Shown here piece by piece: positions 1 through 10,288 of a stretch of DNA of 50,641 bases (the stretch's first letter is position 1; every line of letters begins with the position of its first letter). Location of the stretch: contig JAISRB010000047.1 of NCBI GenBank assembly GCA_031273825.1, positions 1-50,641 on the forward strand, in the 5' to 3' direction. The position numbers were made by a program, and so were the translations under genes. The notes under the pieces are model-generated. The model was not told the DNA's origin and did not search any database. It worked only from the letters and a program-made list of their open reading frames with translations. Origin of the DNA: Clostridiales bacterium (GTDB lineage Bacteria > Bacillota > Clostridia > Christensenellales > JAISNN01).

Positions 1-631
1 GCTTGCCGTCCGACCACTCCTCCTCGACCTTGCCTCCGAATTTGATTTCAAAGGTGTCCTCTACGCGCGGCGACAGCCATACTCCCCCGACCTCGAGCCA
101 TTCGTCCGGCAGCTCAAGCTGCCAGCCGTCGACTATTTTTTGCTTGAATATTCCGTAGTCGTAGCGAATAGAAAAGCCCGTCGCGGCGTAGCCCTGCGAG
201 GTCAGCGCGTCCATATAGGCGGCGGCAAGGCGGCCTAAGCCGCCGTTTCCAAGCCCCGCGTCCTGCTCGACCGCGCAAAGCTCGTCAAGCTTAAAGCCCA
301 TGCCGTCCAAAACGGCGGCTACTCCGTCGACGACGCCGAGATTCATCAGATGATTTTTTAAGGACTTGCCGAGGAGAAACTCCACCGACATATAATAGAC
401 CTGCTTTGAGCCTTGCGCGCGCATTTTCTTTTTGAAAGCCACGCGTTTTGTCGTCAAAATGTCCTTGACTACGGTGCAGAGAGCCTTGTACATTTGCTCG
501 TTTCCGGCCTCGTCGGGCATTATTCCGAACATTTTTTTCATCTGTTTTTCTAAGCTGTCGGCAAAGCGCGACGGGTCAAAGGCCGTCGCGCCGGCGGCCG
601 CGCCGCTTTTACTTTTGATAATTTCTTTCAT
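1..631 (-). CDS. glgP: Glycogen phosphorylase, N-terminal part (runs off window start)
   Basis: Manual translation from ATG at 631: MKEIIKSK...QVYYMSVEFLLGKSL...DAGLGNGGLGRLAAAYMDAL...IRYDYGIFKQKIVDGWQLELPDEWL, which are phosphorylase signature motifs. Lies directly downstream of glgA. Confidence 0.95.
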   Translation of the reverse strand, partial: MKEIIKSKSGAAAGATAFDPSRFADSLEKQMKKMFGIMPDEAGNEQMYKALCTVVKDILTTKRVAFKKKMRAQGSKQVYYMSVEFLLGKSLKNHLMNLGVVDGVAAVLDGMGFKLDELCAVEQDAGLGNGGLGRLAAAYMDALTSQGYAATGFSIRYDYGIFKQKIVDGWQLELPDEWLEVGGVWLSPRVEDTFEIKFGGKVEEEWSDGK

Positions 632-699
632 ACTAATTCCTTCGTCTCCAAATTGTTTTCTGTTTTGTTCTCTATATTTTATAATTTATATAATCACGC

Positions 700-2343
700 T
701 TAACGCGTCAATAGACCTCTATAAAGATTTTCATACTTTCTCGCCGATTCCTCCCACGAAAAGTCGCTCGCCATAGCGTTGGCTATGACCTTTTTCATTT
801 CGTCCTTGTCATAATATACGTCAAAGGCGCGGTTTATCGCGTCGAGCATGTCATAAGGGTCGTAGCTCTTAAAGGTAAAGCCGTTGCCCTTGCCCGTTAT
901 GTGATTGTAGGCCTCGACGGTGTCCTTTAGCCCGCCGGCCTCTCTGACGATCGGCACCGCGCCGTATCTCATGGCTATCATCTGGCTCAAGCCGCACGGC
1001 TCAAACTTGGACGGCATGAGCAAAAAGTCCGCGCTGCCGTATATCTTTGAGGCAACGTCGAGAGAAAAGCCGATTATCGCCTTTAGCTTGTTCGGATAAT
1101 AGCTCTCCAAATCCTTAAGCATATTTTCGTATTTCCAATCGCCCTTGCCGAGAACGACCATGGACATATCCTTGCCGAGAATGTCCTCCGCGACACGCGA
1201 AACTAAATCCATGCCCTTTTGAGAGGTCAGCCGCGTCACCATGCCTATAAGCGGACGGTTTGCGTCATAAGGCAGTCTAAGCATTTCGAGCAGACTCTTT
1301 TTGTTTTCGCGTCTGTCGTCTATGCTGTCAAAGTTATATTGCTTTAACAGAGCCTTGTCGGTTTCGGGGTTGTATTCCTCGACGTCTATGCCGTTGACTA
1401 TGCCCGAGAGCTTATATTTTCTGCTCTTTAGTATTCCCTCTAAGCCATAAGAATAAAACGGGTCCAAAATCTCCTTGGCGTAGGTTTCACTGACCGTCGT
1501 CACGGCGTTCGCGCTCTCTATCGCGCCCTTCATAAAGTTTACGCACTTGTCGTATTCCACGAGCTTTAAGGCGTTTTTGTCTACGCCGATAATGTCGCCG
1601 CCTAAGTCTAAGCCGTACTTGCCCTGAAACTCTATGTTGTGAATAGTAAAGACCGTCTTGATTGCCGTATATTGCCCGAAACGGTAAAACACGTCCAAAA
1701 AGACGGGGGTCAAGGCCGTCTGCCAATCGTTGACGTGCAATATATCGGGATAAAACCCGATGAGCGGCATAATCTCTAATATCGCCTTAGAAAAAAACGC
1801 AAACCGCTCCGCGTCGTCAAAATGGCCATAAATGCCGCTGCGCTTAAAATAGTATTCGTTGTCGACAAAGTAGTAGGTCAAGCCCTCGTGCCGCGCCTCA
1901 AAGACGCCGCAATATTGCCTGCGCCAGCTCAGCGGAACGTAGACCGAGCCGACGTAGCGCAGCTTGGCTCTGAGATTGAAATCTATGTCGAGATAGAGCG
2001 GCAAAACGACGCGTATGTCGTTTCCGTTTTTTCTCAACGCCTTAGGCAGAGACGCGGCCACGTCGCCAAGCCCGCCCGAGCGTATAAACGGACCGGCCTC
2101 CGAGGCGGCAAATAAGATTTTTAGTCCGTCGCTCTTTATCTCGGCAAGCTCCAAGGCTCCTTCGCCGCGCGCGTCGTTGACCTCGGCGGCTTTTTTCATA
2201 GCGTTTTCTATGACCTCCGAGGCCGGCGTCTTTTCTTTTTTTTGCCTTGCTTTGGTTGCGGCGGCCGCGGCCGAAGCTACGGGCGTCTTTTCCTTTTTAG
2301 GCCTTGCTTTTTTTGTCTTTAATTGATTGTTGTCGTTTTCCAC
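700..2343 (-). CDS. glgA: Glycogen synthase (GT5) with a ~70-aa Lys/Ala-rich N-terminal extension
   Basis: ILFAASEAGPFIRSGGLGDV, HVNDWQT, TIHNIEFQG, MPSKFEPCGLSQMIAMRYG motifs. Confidence 0.96.
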   Translation of the reverse strand: MENDNNQLKTKKARPKKEKTPVASAAAAATKARQKKEKTPASEVIENAMKKAAEVNDARGEGALELAEIKSDGLKILFAASEAGPFIRSGGLGDVAASLPKALRKNGNDIRVVLPLYLDIDFNLRAKLRYVGSVYVPLSWRRQYCGVFEARHEGLTYYFVDNEYYFKRSGIYGHFDDAERFAFFSKAILEIMPLIGFYPDILHVNDWQTALTPVFLDVFYRFGQYTAIKTVFTIHNIEFQGKYGLDLGGDIIGVDKNALKLVEYDKCVNFMKGAIESANAVTTVSETYAKEILDPFYSYGLEGILKSRKYKLSGIVNGIDVEEYNPETDKALLKQYNFDSIDDRRENKKSLLEMLRLPYDANRPLIGMVTRLTSQKGMDLVSRVAEDILGKDMSMVVLGKGDWKYENMLKDLESYYPNKLKAIIGFSLDVASKIYGSADFLLMPSKFEPCGLSQMIAMRYGAVPIVREAGGLKDTVEAYNHITGKGNGFTFKSYDPYDMLDAINRAFDVYYDKDEMKKVIANAMASDFSWEESARKYENLYRGLLTR

Positions 2344-2433
2344 CTTAAAAAAATTCCTTTTCCGCTAAAGCCGCGGAGCTATTTTATTTTATGTTTTTGT
2401 TTAACCCTTTTGTTATTATCCTACAAGACAAGT

Positions 2434-3540
2434 CTATACCGTCTTGTCCTTTTCTATGACTACGGGATAGGTCTCAAAGCCCGATATATTTCTGTTTTGT
2501 TGTATGACGACGTTTTTGTCGGTGATTACGTAGCTCATATTTGAGTTGCTCATGACGTGACCGTTTTCCATGATTATGGAGTTTACGACGCGCGCCCCCC
2601 CCTCTATGTTTACGCCTCTGAAGAGTATAGAGTTTTCGACGTAGCCGTTGATTTTGCAGCCGTCGGCGATGAGCGAATTTTTTACGACGGCTCTTTCCTC
2701 ATAGATGGTCGGCGCGCTGTCCTTTACCTTTGTGTATATGTTGCCGTAGGAGTCAAAGAGGTCGTCTCTCGTCTTTTTGTCGAGAAGCTTCATGCTCTCA
2801 TAATAATAGCTTCTTATGTCGCCGATTATGGCGGCGTAGCCCTTTATCTCGTGAGCGAATATTTTTAGCTCGCCGACGCGGGGCAAAAGCACCTCCTTCT
2901 CAAAGTCGCAAAGCCCGTCGTTAAAGGCCTGATTCACCAGCTTTAGCAGCAGGCTTTTTTTCATGAGATAGACGTTCATGACCATGTCCGCGTCTCCCGC
3001 GCTTTGAGAGGTCAAAAACGAAAAGCCCGTGACGCGGTTGTTTTTTCCCGTCACGGCGACGGCCTTTCTCGCGGTCGCGGTAGCCTTGTGAATGAGCATG
3101 GTTATGTCGGCCTTTTTGGCTATATGCTCGTCAAATAGTATTTCAAAGTCAAAGTTATAGGCTATGTTGCCGTCGGTCAAAAGGACGTACTCCTCCTTTG
3201 CCCGGTTTATGTAGTCGGATATTCCGTACAACGCGTCTATCTTGCTCTTGTAGTCGCGCGAATTGTTTGTCACAAACGGAGGAAAGACGGCTATTCCGCT
3301 GTTTTTGCGGTTTAAGTCCCAGTCTCTGCCCATTCTTATGTGATCCATAAGCGAATTATAGTTGCTCTTGATGACAAGGCCTATGGTGGTTATTCCCGAA
3401 TTGACCAGGTTTGACAGCGCAAAATCGATTAGGCGGTATCTGCCGCCGAAAGGCATAGACGCCGTCGTTCTGTGAATGGTCAGCTGATTTAGGTTGCTCT
3501 CGTTTTCGCTCGCAAACAAAACGCTCATTATGTTGCTCAT
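2434..3540 (-). CDS. glgD: Glucose-1-phosphate adenylyltransferase subunit GlgD
   Basis: RTTASMPFGGRYRLIDFALSNLVNSGI, TKVKDSAPT and C-terminal hexapeptide repeats. Lacks the GlgC GGxGxRL motif. Confidence 0.92.
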   Translation of the reverse strand: MSNIMSVLFASENESNLNQLTIHRTTASMPFGGRYRLIDFALSNLVNSGITTIGLVIKSNYNSLMDHIRMGRDWDLNRKNSGIAVFPPFVTNNSRDYKSKIDALYGISDYINRAKEEYVLLTDGNIAYNFDFEILFDEHIAKKADITMLIHKATATARKAVAVTGKNNRVTGFSFLTSQSAGDADMVMNVYLMKKSLLLKLVNQAFNDGLCDFEKEVLLPRVGELKIFAHEIKGYAAIIGDIRSYYYESMKLLDKKTRDDLFDSYGNIYTKVKDSAPTIYEERAVVKNSLIADGCKINGYVENSILFRGVNIEGGARVVNSIIMENGHVMSNSNMSYVITDKNVVIQQNRNISGFETYPVVIEKDKTV

Positions 3541-3768
3541 TCTTTCGCTCCCCCTAACCCCGGTTTATTTTATATATTATATCAAATTTTTGTCAATTTT
3601 AAAAATGTTTTTACGATCATTTTTTTTATAGCCGCGCGTTTAATGACGTTTTTTGCCTGCGAACGCGCTTTTTTCATTTAAAGCAACCAAAAACCGCGCG
3701 TTTGACCGCCCCCTTACAAACGCGTTTCCCTTTGACGTGAGGATTTGCGCGAACGCGTAAGCCCTATT

Positions 3769-5301
3769 TCATGGCTCCGGCGGAACGTAATTGTCTCCGA
3801 ACGCGTCGACCTCGGGAATTTCCCGTTCGTCCGAAAACCCGTTTTGGATATTAAATTCGGCGAAAGCGTTTTCTCCGCCGCCTTGGGCGTTCGCGTCTAT
3901 TTTTTTAGGCCCGCCGCCGTCGTTTCTTTTTTGACGGCTTTGATATGCTGGAGGCCCGCCCGCCTTGTCGAGCTTGGGTCTAAAGCTGACCTCCTCGCCC
4001 ACCCATTCAAAATAGAGCGTGCCGGTCTTTCCGTTTCTGTGCTTGGAGACTATCATTTCGACCTCGTCGCGCTCGGCGTTGGCGTCATAAAGGTCGGGCT
4101 TGTGTATAAATATGACTATGTCCGCGTCCTGCTCGATCGCCCCCGATTCTCTGAGGTCGCTAAGCATAGGTCTGTGGTCGGCGCGCGTCTCGAGAGCGCG
4201 CGACAGCTGCGACAGCAGCAAAATCGGAACGTTTAGCTCCTTGGCTATTATTTTGAGCGAACGCGTCAGCTCGCTTATCTCTTGCTGGCGGTTGTCGCTG
4301 CGCTTGCCGGTTGACATGAGCTGCAAATAGTCGATCATGACGAGATCTAAGCCGCCGCGTTCCTTGATAAATCTGCGGCACTTTGACAGTATGTCGGCCG
4401 GGGTGTTAAGCGACGAATCGTCTACATAGATATCCGCGGCCGTTATATCCTTGTTGGCGGCGTGCAGTCGCGTGAACATTTCGTGTCCGACGTTTCCGCG
4501 GCTTATGTCGCTCATGCCGACGTGTCCCACGCCGCAAAGCAAACGCCTCGCAAGCTGTTCGATAGGCATTTCAAGCGAAAAGACTACGACCTTTTTGCCC
4601 TCCTTTATGGCGACGTTAGAGACTATGTTGAGCGCGAACGCCGTCTTGCCTACGCCCGGACGCGCGGCTATCAAAATGAGGTCGGAGCGGTGCAGACCGT
4701 TAAACAGCAGGTCAAAGTTTTTGAAGCCCGAGCGTATGCCCTTGCCCGAATCCTTGTTGTTAAACAAGTCCTCTATTTCCTTTATCGTCGCGCTTGTCAC
4801 GGTGTTGACGTTGACGAGCGACGAACGGTCGCGCTCTCTCGACAGGTCAAAAATCAGCTTTTCGGCGCGGCTTAGCGTCTCCTCCGAATTGACGCTTTCA
4901 TAAGCGTCGCGCGTTATGGCGTTTGCCGCCGAAATCAAGGCTCTGAGCGTCGCGTCTCTCTTGACTATGCCGATATAAAATCTGTAATTGGCCGCGCTCG
5001 GCAGAGCCTCCGAAAGGCTTATGAGATAATCTATGCCGCCGATTGCCGCGAGTATTCCGTTGCGATCCAAAAGGTCGGTGACGGTGACTACGTCGACGGC
5101 CTTGCCGTCGGCGTAAAGCGTCTCTATCGCCTCAAAAATCTTTTGGTGCGCCGTCAGATAAAAATCTCCAAAGCTCAGCGAGGCCGTCACGTCGGTTACT
5201 ATTTCGCCGTCAATGAGACACGAGCCGAGAACGCACTGCTCGGCTTCGCCGTTATACGGCATGGAACGAATGTTTTTGTTTTTGTCGGAATTTTTGTCCA
5301 T
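3769..5301 (-). CDS. dnaB: Replicative DNA helicase
   Basis: AEQCVLG N-terminus, AARPGVGKT, FSLEM, IDYLQLM, LSQLSR, SDLRESGAIEQDAD, KHRNG. Confidence 0.97.
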   Translation of the reverse strand: MDKNSDKNKNIRSMPYNGEAEQCVLGSCLIDGEIVTDVTASLSFGDFYLTAHQKIFEAIETLYADGKAVDVVTVTDLLDRNGILAAIGGIDYLISLSEALPSAANYRFYIGIVKRDATLRALISAANAITRDAYESVNSEETLSRAEKLIFDLSRERDRSSLVNVNTVTSATIKEIEDLFNNKDSGKGIRSGFKNFDLLFNGLHRSDLILIAARPGVGKTAFALNIVSNVAIKEGKKVVVFSLEMPIEQLARRLLCGVGHVGMSDISRGNVGHEMFTRLHAANKDITAADIYVDDSSLNTPADILSKCRRFIKERGGLDLVMIDYLQLMSTGKRSDNRQQEISELTRSLKIIAKELNVPILLLSQLSRALETRADHRPMLSDLRESGAIEQDADIVIFIHKPDLYDANAERDEVEMIVSKHRNGKTGTLYFEWVGEEVSFRPKLDKAGGPPAYQSRQKRNDGGGPKKIDANAQGGGENAFAEFNIQNGFSDEREIPEVDAFGDNYVPPEP

Positions 5302-5308
5302 CTTATTA

Positions 5309-6085
5309 TTACGCCTTTTTTTTCTTTTTTCCGACGACCAAAACCGCCGCGACGACCGACGCGGCTATTATCATAGCGGCGGCCGTCCACGTTATTTGGT
5401 TGGGAACCGTCCGGTTTAACTCGATTATTTCGCCCTTGGCCGAATAGTCCATCTCGAACACATGGGCGTACAAGCCCGTACTCTCGTCAAACTCCTTTTT
5501 GTCGGCGTTTGAATCTATAGATTTTAAGTAGGTTTCATATCTGTAGACGTAGCCGAAGGCCTCGTAATCGAGGAGCGCGACGTCGTCCTTTACATATGAA
5601 ATAATCTCTCCGAGGTCGTCGGTTATAGCCGCGTCCTTCAAATAAGGGTTTTCGCGGCAGGCTCTTTCGACGGTCTGCTCTACGTCCTTAAAGACGCTTG
5701 CCCGTCTTGTCACATATTTGTCATAAAACAAGCCGCCTACCTTATAAAATTCCGTATCGTCAGAAACCTCTTCCTCTTCGTCTATTCCGTAATAAGCGTC
5801 GTAGGCGGCGCGCGACTCAAAATACATGCCGGCTACAACCTTGCTTCCCTCGGTCACGGTATCGTAGCCGTAAGCCTTAAAGACCTCGGACAATATGATA
5901 GTTATTGTCTGCGCGTCGTATATCGGGTTTGATATGGTCTCCTCCTTTATTTCGACGCTTATGCTATAGGCTATCGCTCCGTCGGAATAATTATAAACGG
6001 CGTACTCCACGTCCGCGTCGGCGCACGCCGACAACGCGGCGGCCGCGCAAATCAGGCATACCGCTAAAAGCAGCTTTCTTTTCAT
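5309..6085 (-). CDS. Hypothetical lipoprotein with C-terminal membrane anchor
   Basis: Signal peptide with lipobox LSAC; C-terminal hydrophobic helix followed by KKKKKA. Confidence 0.7.
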   Translation of the reverse strand: MKRKLLLAVCLICAAAALSACADADVEYAVYNYSDGAIAYSISVEIKEETISNPIYDAQTITIILSEVFKAYGYDTVTEGSKVVAGMYFESRAAYDAYYGIDEEEEVSDDTEFYKVGGLFYDKYVTRRASVFKDVEQTVERACRENPYLKDAAITDDLGEIISYVKDDVALLDYEAFGYVYRYETYLKSIDSNADKKEFDESTGLYAHVFEMDYSAKGEIIELNRTVPNQITWTAAAMIIAASVVAAVLVVGKKKKKA

Positions 6086-6289
6086 GATAAAACCCCTCCG
6101 TCCTTACAAAAAATCTCGGTTACATTAATTATATCTTATTTGGCGGATATTTACAAGCCTTTTTCGGAAAATTTTTAATCCTTTCTTCCGCAAACCCGCC
6201 GTTAAAAAAGCCTTCGGGTTTAATTTAGCGCGTTTTTGGGAATAATCGACGGGTTTTAAAGGGTTTTGATGACCTTTAAGGGGGGTTTT

Positions 6290-7117
6290 ATGTCGAGGCT
6301 GATAGATTTTGTTTTTTTGAGGATTATTATTTTTTTGTGTCTTGTCATCGCCGTCTATTCTCTGACGGGAAGGTTTTTGCTCTCGGTTCTTGCCGCCCTT
6401 GCCGCCGCGCTTATAGGCTCGGCGGCATACGGGAAACTCATATCGTCAAGAATAAAAAAACGGCGCAAGACCGCCGACGCCTTAAACGGCTTTTTTACCG
6501 TCAAGGGCAACGCCTTTGCCGCCGAATATATCGCTAAGCGCATAGACCCGCGCTTTAAGCCGCGACAAGACGGCGACTTCATACTCTCCGAGGACGAAAA
6601 CGGAAACGGCGTAATTATCTTTCCGGTTTTTAAGTTCTCCAAAATTTCTAAGGACGAGTTTTTAAAAATGTTCAGAACCGCCGACGCCCGCGGAATAAAA
6701 AAGCTTTATATAATCTCAAAGACCTTAGACCGCGACATATACCTGACGGCAAACGGGCTTGACGCCGGATTAGTCTTTGTCAGGACGTCCGCGCTGTATA
6801 AATTTTTGAAAGCCAAAGGCGCGCTGCCCGAAATCCCCGCGCCTCCGCCCGCCCCCAAAAAGCGCGTAAGACTAAGGCTGCTGTTAGAGGGCGTATTTTG
6901 CGATAAAAATTCAAAGCGGTTTTTGCTGACGACCGTCGTTTTGCTCGCGTCGTCGTTTTTGACTCCCTTAAAAGCCTATTATTACACGATGTCGGCTATC
7001 TCAACGGCTCTCGCGCTTTTGTGTTTTTTGGTTCCGTCGCGGCCGGGCTATTCGCGGACGGGAATATTCGAGACGGACTCGCGCCGCGGAAATTCAAAAA
7101 ACCGCGTAAAAAAATAG
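6290..7117 (+). CDS. Hypothetical membrane protein (two TM pairs flanking a soluble alpha/beta domain)
   Basis: Long ORF; ATG at 6290 follows a GGGGG SD-like run (ORF track start 6266); N- and C-terminal hydrophobic segments. Confidence 0.7.
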   Translation: MSRLIDFVFLRIIIFLCLVIAVYSLTGRFLLSVLAALAAALIGSAAYGKLISSRIKKRRKTADALNGFFTVKGNAFAAEYIAKRIDPRFKPRQDGDFILSEDENGNGVIIFPVFKFSKISKDEFLKMFRTADARGIKKLYIISKTLDRDIYLTANGLDAGLVFVRTSALYKFLKAKGALPEIPAPPPAPKKRVRLRLLLEGVFCDKNSKRFLLTTVVLLASSFLTPLKAYYYTMSAISTALALLCFLVPSRPGYSRTGIFETDSRRGNSKNRVKK

Positions 7118-7206
7118 GGATTTTTGTATATTTTTGCAAGCGGAGGTAAATATTATATTTGCCCTAACGCGGCTACGCGTTTTTTTTAAGGGCGCGGAGG
7201 TTTCAA

Positions 7207-7977
7207 ATGTCGCACAGAGTGGAAATTTGCGGAGTAAACACAAGCCAACTGCCAAAAATCAATTCGACGGAGAGTCTCGAGTTAATCAAAAAAATTCAGC
7301 AAGGCGACGACGGCGCGCGCGAATACTTTATCATGTGCAATATCAGGCTGGTTCTCAGCCTCGTGCAGAGATTCGGGGCGAAGCTAAACAGCGACGACCT
7401 CTTTCAGGTCGGGTGCGTCGGGCTTATCAAGGCTCTCAACAACTTTGACGTATCGTTAAACGTCAGATTTTCGACCTATGCCGTGCCTATGATTATCGGA
7501 GAAATCAGGCGATTTATCAGAGACTCGTCGTCGCTCAAAATCAGCCGCAACATAAGAGATATCGCCTATAAAGCCATGCAGGCGCGCGAAAAGCTAAAGC
7601 TGTCGGGCAAGGACGACCCCTGCATGATGGAAATCGCCGCCGAAATAGACGTTCCGCTAAACGAAATGTCGGCGGCTCTCGACGCTATTTGCGAGCCGGC
7701 GTCACTGTATGAGCCGGTCTTTAGCGACGGCGACAGCTCGATAATGCTCATGGAACAAATAAGCGACACAAAAAACACCGACGAACGGTGGATAGAGGAA
7801 GCCGCCCTAAGGGAGGCCGTCAAAAAACTGCCCGACCGCGAACGCCGCATAATATATCTGCGGTATTTTTCGGGCAAAACCCAAACCGAAATAGCCGACG
7901 AAATAAACATCTCTCAGGCGCAGGTTTCGCGCCTCGAAAAGAACGCCTTAGAGGAAATCGGACGGCTGATGGAATAG
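7207..7977 (+). CDS. sigG: Sporulation RNA polymerase sigma factor SigG
   Basis: N-terminal RVEICGVNTSQLP typical of SigG; DDLFQVGCVGLIKA, FSTYAVPMIIGEIRRF, ISQAQVSRLEK; GGAGG SD. Confidence 0.9.
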   Translation: MSHRVEICGVNTSQLPKINSTESLELIKKIQQGDDGAREYFIMCNIRLVLSLVQRFGAKLNSDDLFQVGCVGLIKALNNFDVSLNVRFSTYAVPMIIGEIRRFIRDSSSLKISRNIRDIAYKAMQAREKLKLSGKDDPCMMEIAAEIDVPLNEMSAALDAICEPASLYEPVFSDGDSSIMLMEQISDTKNTDERWIEEAALREAVKKLPDRERRIIYLRYFSGKTQTEIADEINISQAQVSRLEKNALEEIGRLME

Positions 7978-7989
7978 CCCTTCGCGCCC

Positions 7990-9006
7990 TTAGTAAACCT
8001 CAAGCGAAAAGGTCTTTATGTCGGGAAAGACCTTTTTTAAGCCCGCAAGCTCCGCGCCGTCAAGCTTAGGCTTGTCAAAAATCAAATTTTGCAGACTCTC
8101 AATCGACAGCTCAAGGTCAAACGCGCCGTTTGGCTGCGACACGGAGACGCGCGTCCCCCGTCCGTCGGCCTTTATCGCGTAAACCGCATCGTTTTTTGGA
8201 TAAAAGCCGTCGTTAAGCTTTATTTTAACGTCAATCGCGCAATCGAATTTTATCAATTCCAGAGTTTTTTTTGCGTTGATTATCCTTATCATCATAGCCG
8301 GAGACGGCGGCGCGGCTTGCGGCAAGTCCGCGCCGCAATATTCCCCGGCTATCCCCGACGCGTCAAAGCAGACGTAGCCCTTAGGGGCTTTCTTTTCGTC
8401 GAGCGCAAGCCTTATAAAGCCGCCGTCCGCACAGACCTCGCGCATTTTTAATTCAAAAAAATCCGCGTCTCCGACTATATAAGAGTCAAAGGCGGCGGTT
8501 TTCTTTGCATAAAGCTCCGACAAAAGCCTATAGGTTTCGGGGCATCTCCGCGCGTCCGACTCCGACAAGGTCACGCCTAAGGCCGCGGCGTTCCCGACCG
8601 TAAGCGCGGACTTATGCAAATAATTGTAGTTGCTGAAGCCGTAGCGCGACGAATAGTATTCGTGCTTAAACGGATAGAGCGACAAAAACGGATAATCGCG
8701 GTATTTGTCAAAGACGTCCGACATGACGCGCCCCATAAGTCCGCGCCCCCTCAATTCCGCAAGCGTCGCCGCCGTCGAAAAAAACGCAAGCTCGATATCG
8801 CGCGAAAAAAATCTCAATTTTTTTTTGAAAACATACGCCGCCGAAACTATCCGTCCGCCCTCCGACAGCGTAAAAACGTCGGCGCGTCTTATTTTTTCTT
8901 CAAAAAAATATCTCACGTACAAATCGCCGTCGTCGGGAAAGCCCGAACGGTATATCTCCTCCAACGGCTCACGATTCCGCATATAATTCATAGAGCATCT
9001 CCGCAA
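7990..9006 (-). CDS. Eis-like GNAT acetyltransferase with SCP2-like C-terminus
   Basis: AATLAELRGRGLM acetyl-CoA motif, LYPF..YY..YGF, MMIRIIN...D.FYP.N; true start may be slightly downstream. Confidence 0.8.
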   Translation of the reverse strand: MRRCSMNYMRNREPLEEIYRSGFPDDGDLYVRYFFEEKIRRADVFTLSEGGRIVSAAYVFKKKLRFFSRDIELAFFSTAATLAELRGRGLMGRVMSDVFDKYRDYPFLSLYPFKHEYYSSRYGFSNYNYLHKSALTVGNAAALGVTLSESDARRCPETYRLLSELYAKKTAAFDSYIVGDADFFELKMREVCADGGFIRLALDEKKAPKGYVCFDASGIAGEYCGADLPQAAPPSPAMMIRIINAKKTLELIKFDCAIDVKIKLNDGFYPKNDAVYAIKADGRGTRVSVSQPNGAFDLELSIESLQNLIFDKPKLDGAELAGLKKVFPDIKTFSLEVY

Positions 9007-10285
9007 ATTCGTAGCCGTCCGACGGAGCGACGACGATATCCTTTTTTAATTTTGACGACAATTCGGCGACGGTCATGCCGTCCAAAAACACGTCGTCAAA
9101 TTGCCTCAGCATGACGCGCGGAAGCATGACCAAATCGCAATCGTCGTCGGGCCTTACCTGCTTTGCTATGTCGTCTCCCGTTATCAGCCCCGCGACGGTG
9201 ACGTTTTCGCCGAAAAATTCGTTTTTGACCAATCTGACCTTGATTTTCAGTCCGCTTAGCCTACTCTCAAAGTATTTTGCCAGAGCGACCATGGTTTCAT
9301 AAAACGATTCGCCCGTCACCGTCTCGATATTGATAGCGCGCGGCCCGACCCCCTCTAACCGACCCTCTGCAGGCTCGTATGCCTTAGCCTCCGTCACGAA
9401 CGCCGCAACAAGCCCCACGCCGTTTTCTATCTGACAAAAGTCGCCGTAATATTCAAAGGACGGGAGCGTCCGCTTAGCCTTTATATACATTTCGTCGCCG
9501 CAAAATACAAACGCCTCGCCTCGCTCCTTTAGGCTCTTTTGGGCAAAGCCCTCGGCAAAGTCTATCGTTTCATTTAGACAGCTTAGGCTTAGCGGCTTTA
9601 TGTCCGTCAGGCCGTCTCTGAATTTTGTAAGCCCCACCGGAACAATCGCCGCGCTCGACACGCACCCGAGGCTATAAAGCTCGTTTACCGTCTCGGCCAA
9701 AACCGCGCCGTCGTTTACGCCCTCGACAAGGACTATCTGCGTATGAAATTTTATTCCGCTTTTGCCTAAGTCTTTGAGCGTGTCAAACAGCCGCCCCGCA
9801 AAGCGGTTGCCGAGCATTTTTTGTCTGACCGCCTTGTCGTAGGCGTGAACCGACACATAGAGCGGAGACAGTCCGAGACGCTTTATTCTGTCGACGTCCG
9901 ACGGCGATAGGTTTGTCAGCGTTATATAGTTTCCGCCGATAAACGACAGCCTATAGTCGTCGTCCTTGACGTAAAGGGTGTCTCTCATTCCCTTTTTCAT
10001 CTGGTCGACAAAGCAAAATATACATTTGTTGCGGCAAACGCGCGGCTCTATATCCCCGTCGTCAAGCTCCGCGCCCATGCTTTGGCCGTCTCTCTTGGAG
10101 ATACGCTTTGTCATGACCTCTCCGTCTCTCAAAAAGGTTATGTCAAATTTTTGTTTGGAATCAAAAAAAAGGTAGTCCAAATAATCGACGTACCCGTATC
10201 CGTCGAAAGCCGTGATTTCATCGCCTACGGCAAAGCCGTTTTTTCTCAAAACGCCGTTTTTTTGAAGGCCGGTTATCCGCGGCAT
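8969..10285 (-). CDS. DUF512-family radical SAM / Fe-S oxidoreductase with N-terminal PDZ-like region
   Basis: CRNKCIFCFVDQ (CxxxCxxC), KDDDYRLSF, QIENGVG, VTVAGLITG. Confidence 0.9.
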   Translation of the reverse strand: MPRITGLQKNGVLRKNGFAVGDEITAFDGYGYVDYLDYLFFDSKQKFDITFLRDGEVMTKRISKRDGQSMGAELDDGDIEPRVCRNKCIFCFVDQMKKGMRDTLYVKDDDYRLSFIGGNYITLTNLSPSDVDRIKRLGLSPLYVSVHAYDKAVRQKMLGNRFAGRLFDTLKDLGKSGIKFHTQIVLVEGVNDGAVLAETVNELYSLGCVSSAAIVPVGLTKFRDGLTDIKPLSLSCLNETIDFAEGFAQKSLKERGEAFVFCGDEMYIKAKRTLPSFEYYGDFCQIENGVGLVAAFVTEAKAYEPAEGRLEGVGPRAINIETVTGESFYETMVALAKYFESRLSGLKIKVRLVKNEFFGENVTVAGLITGDDIAKQVRPDDDCDLVMLPRVMLRQFDDVFLDGMTVAELSSKLKKDIVVAPSDGYEFAEMLYELYAES

Positions 10286-10288
10286 CCG

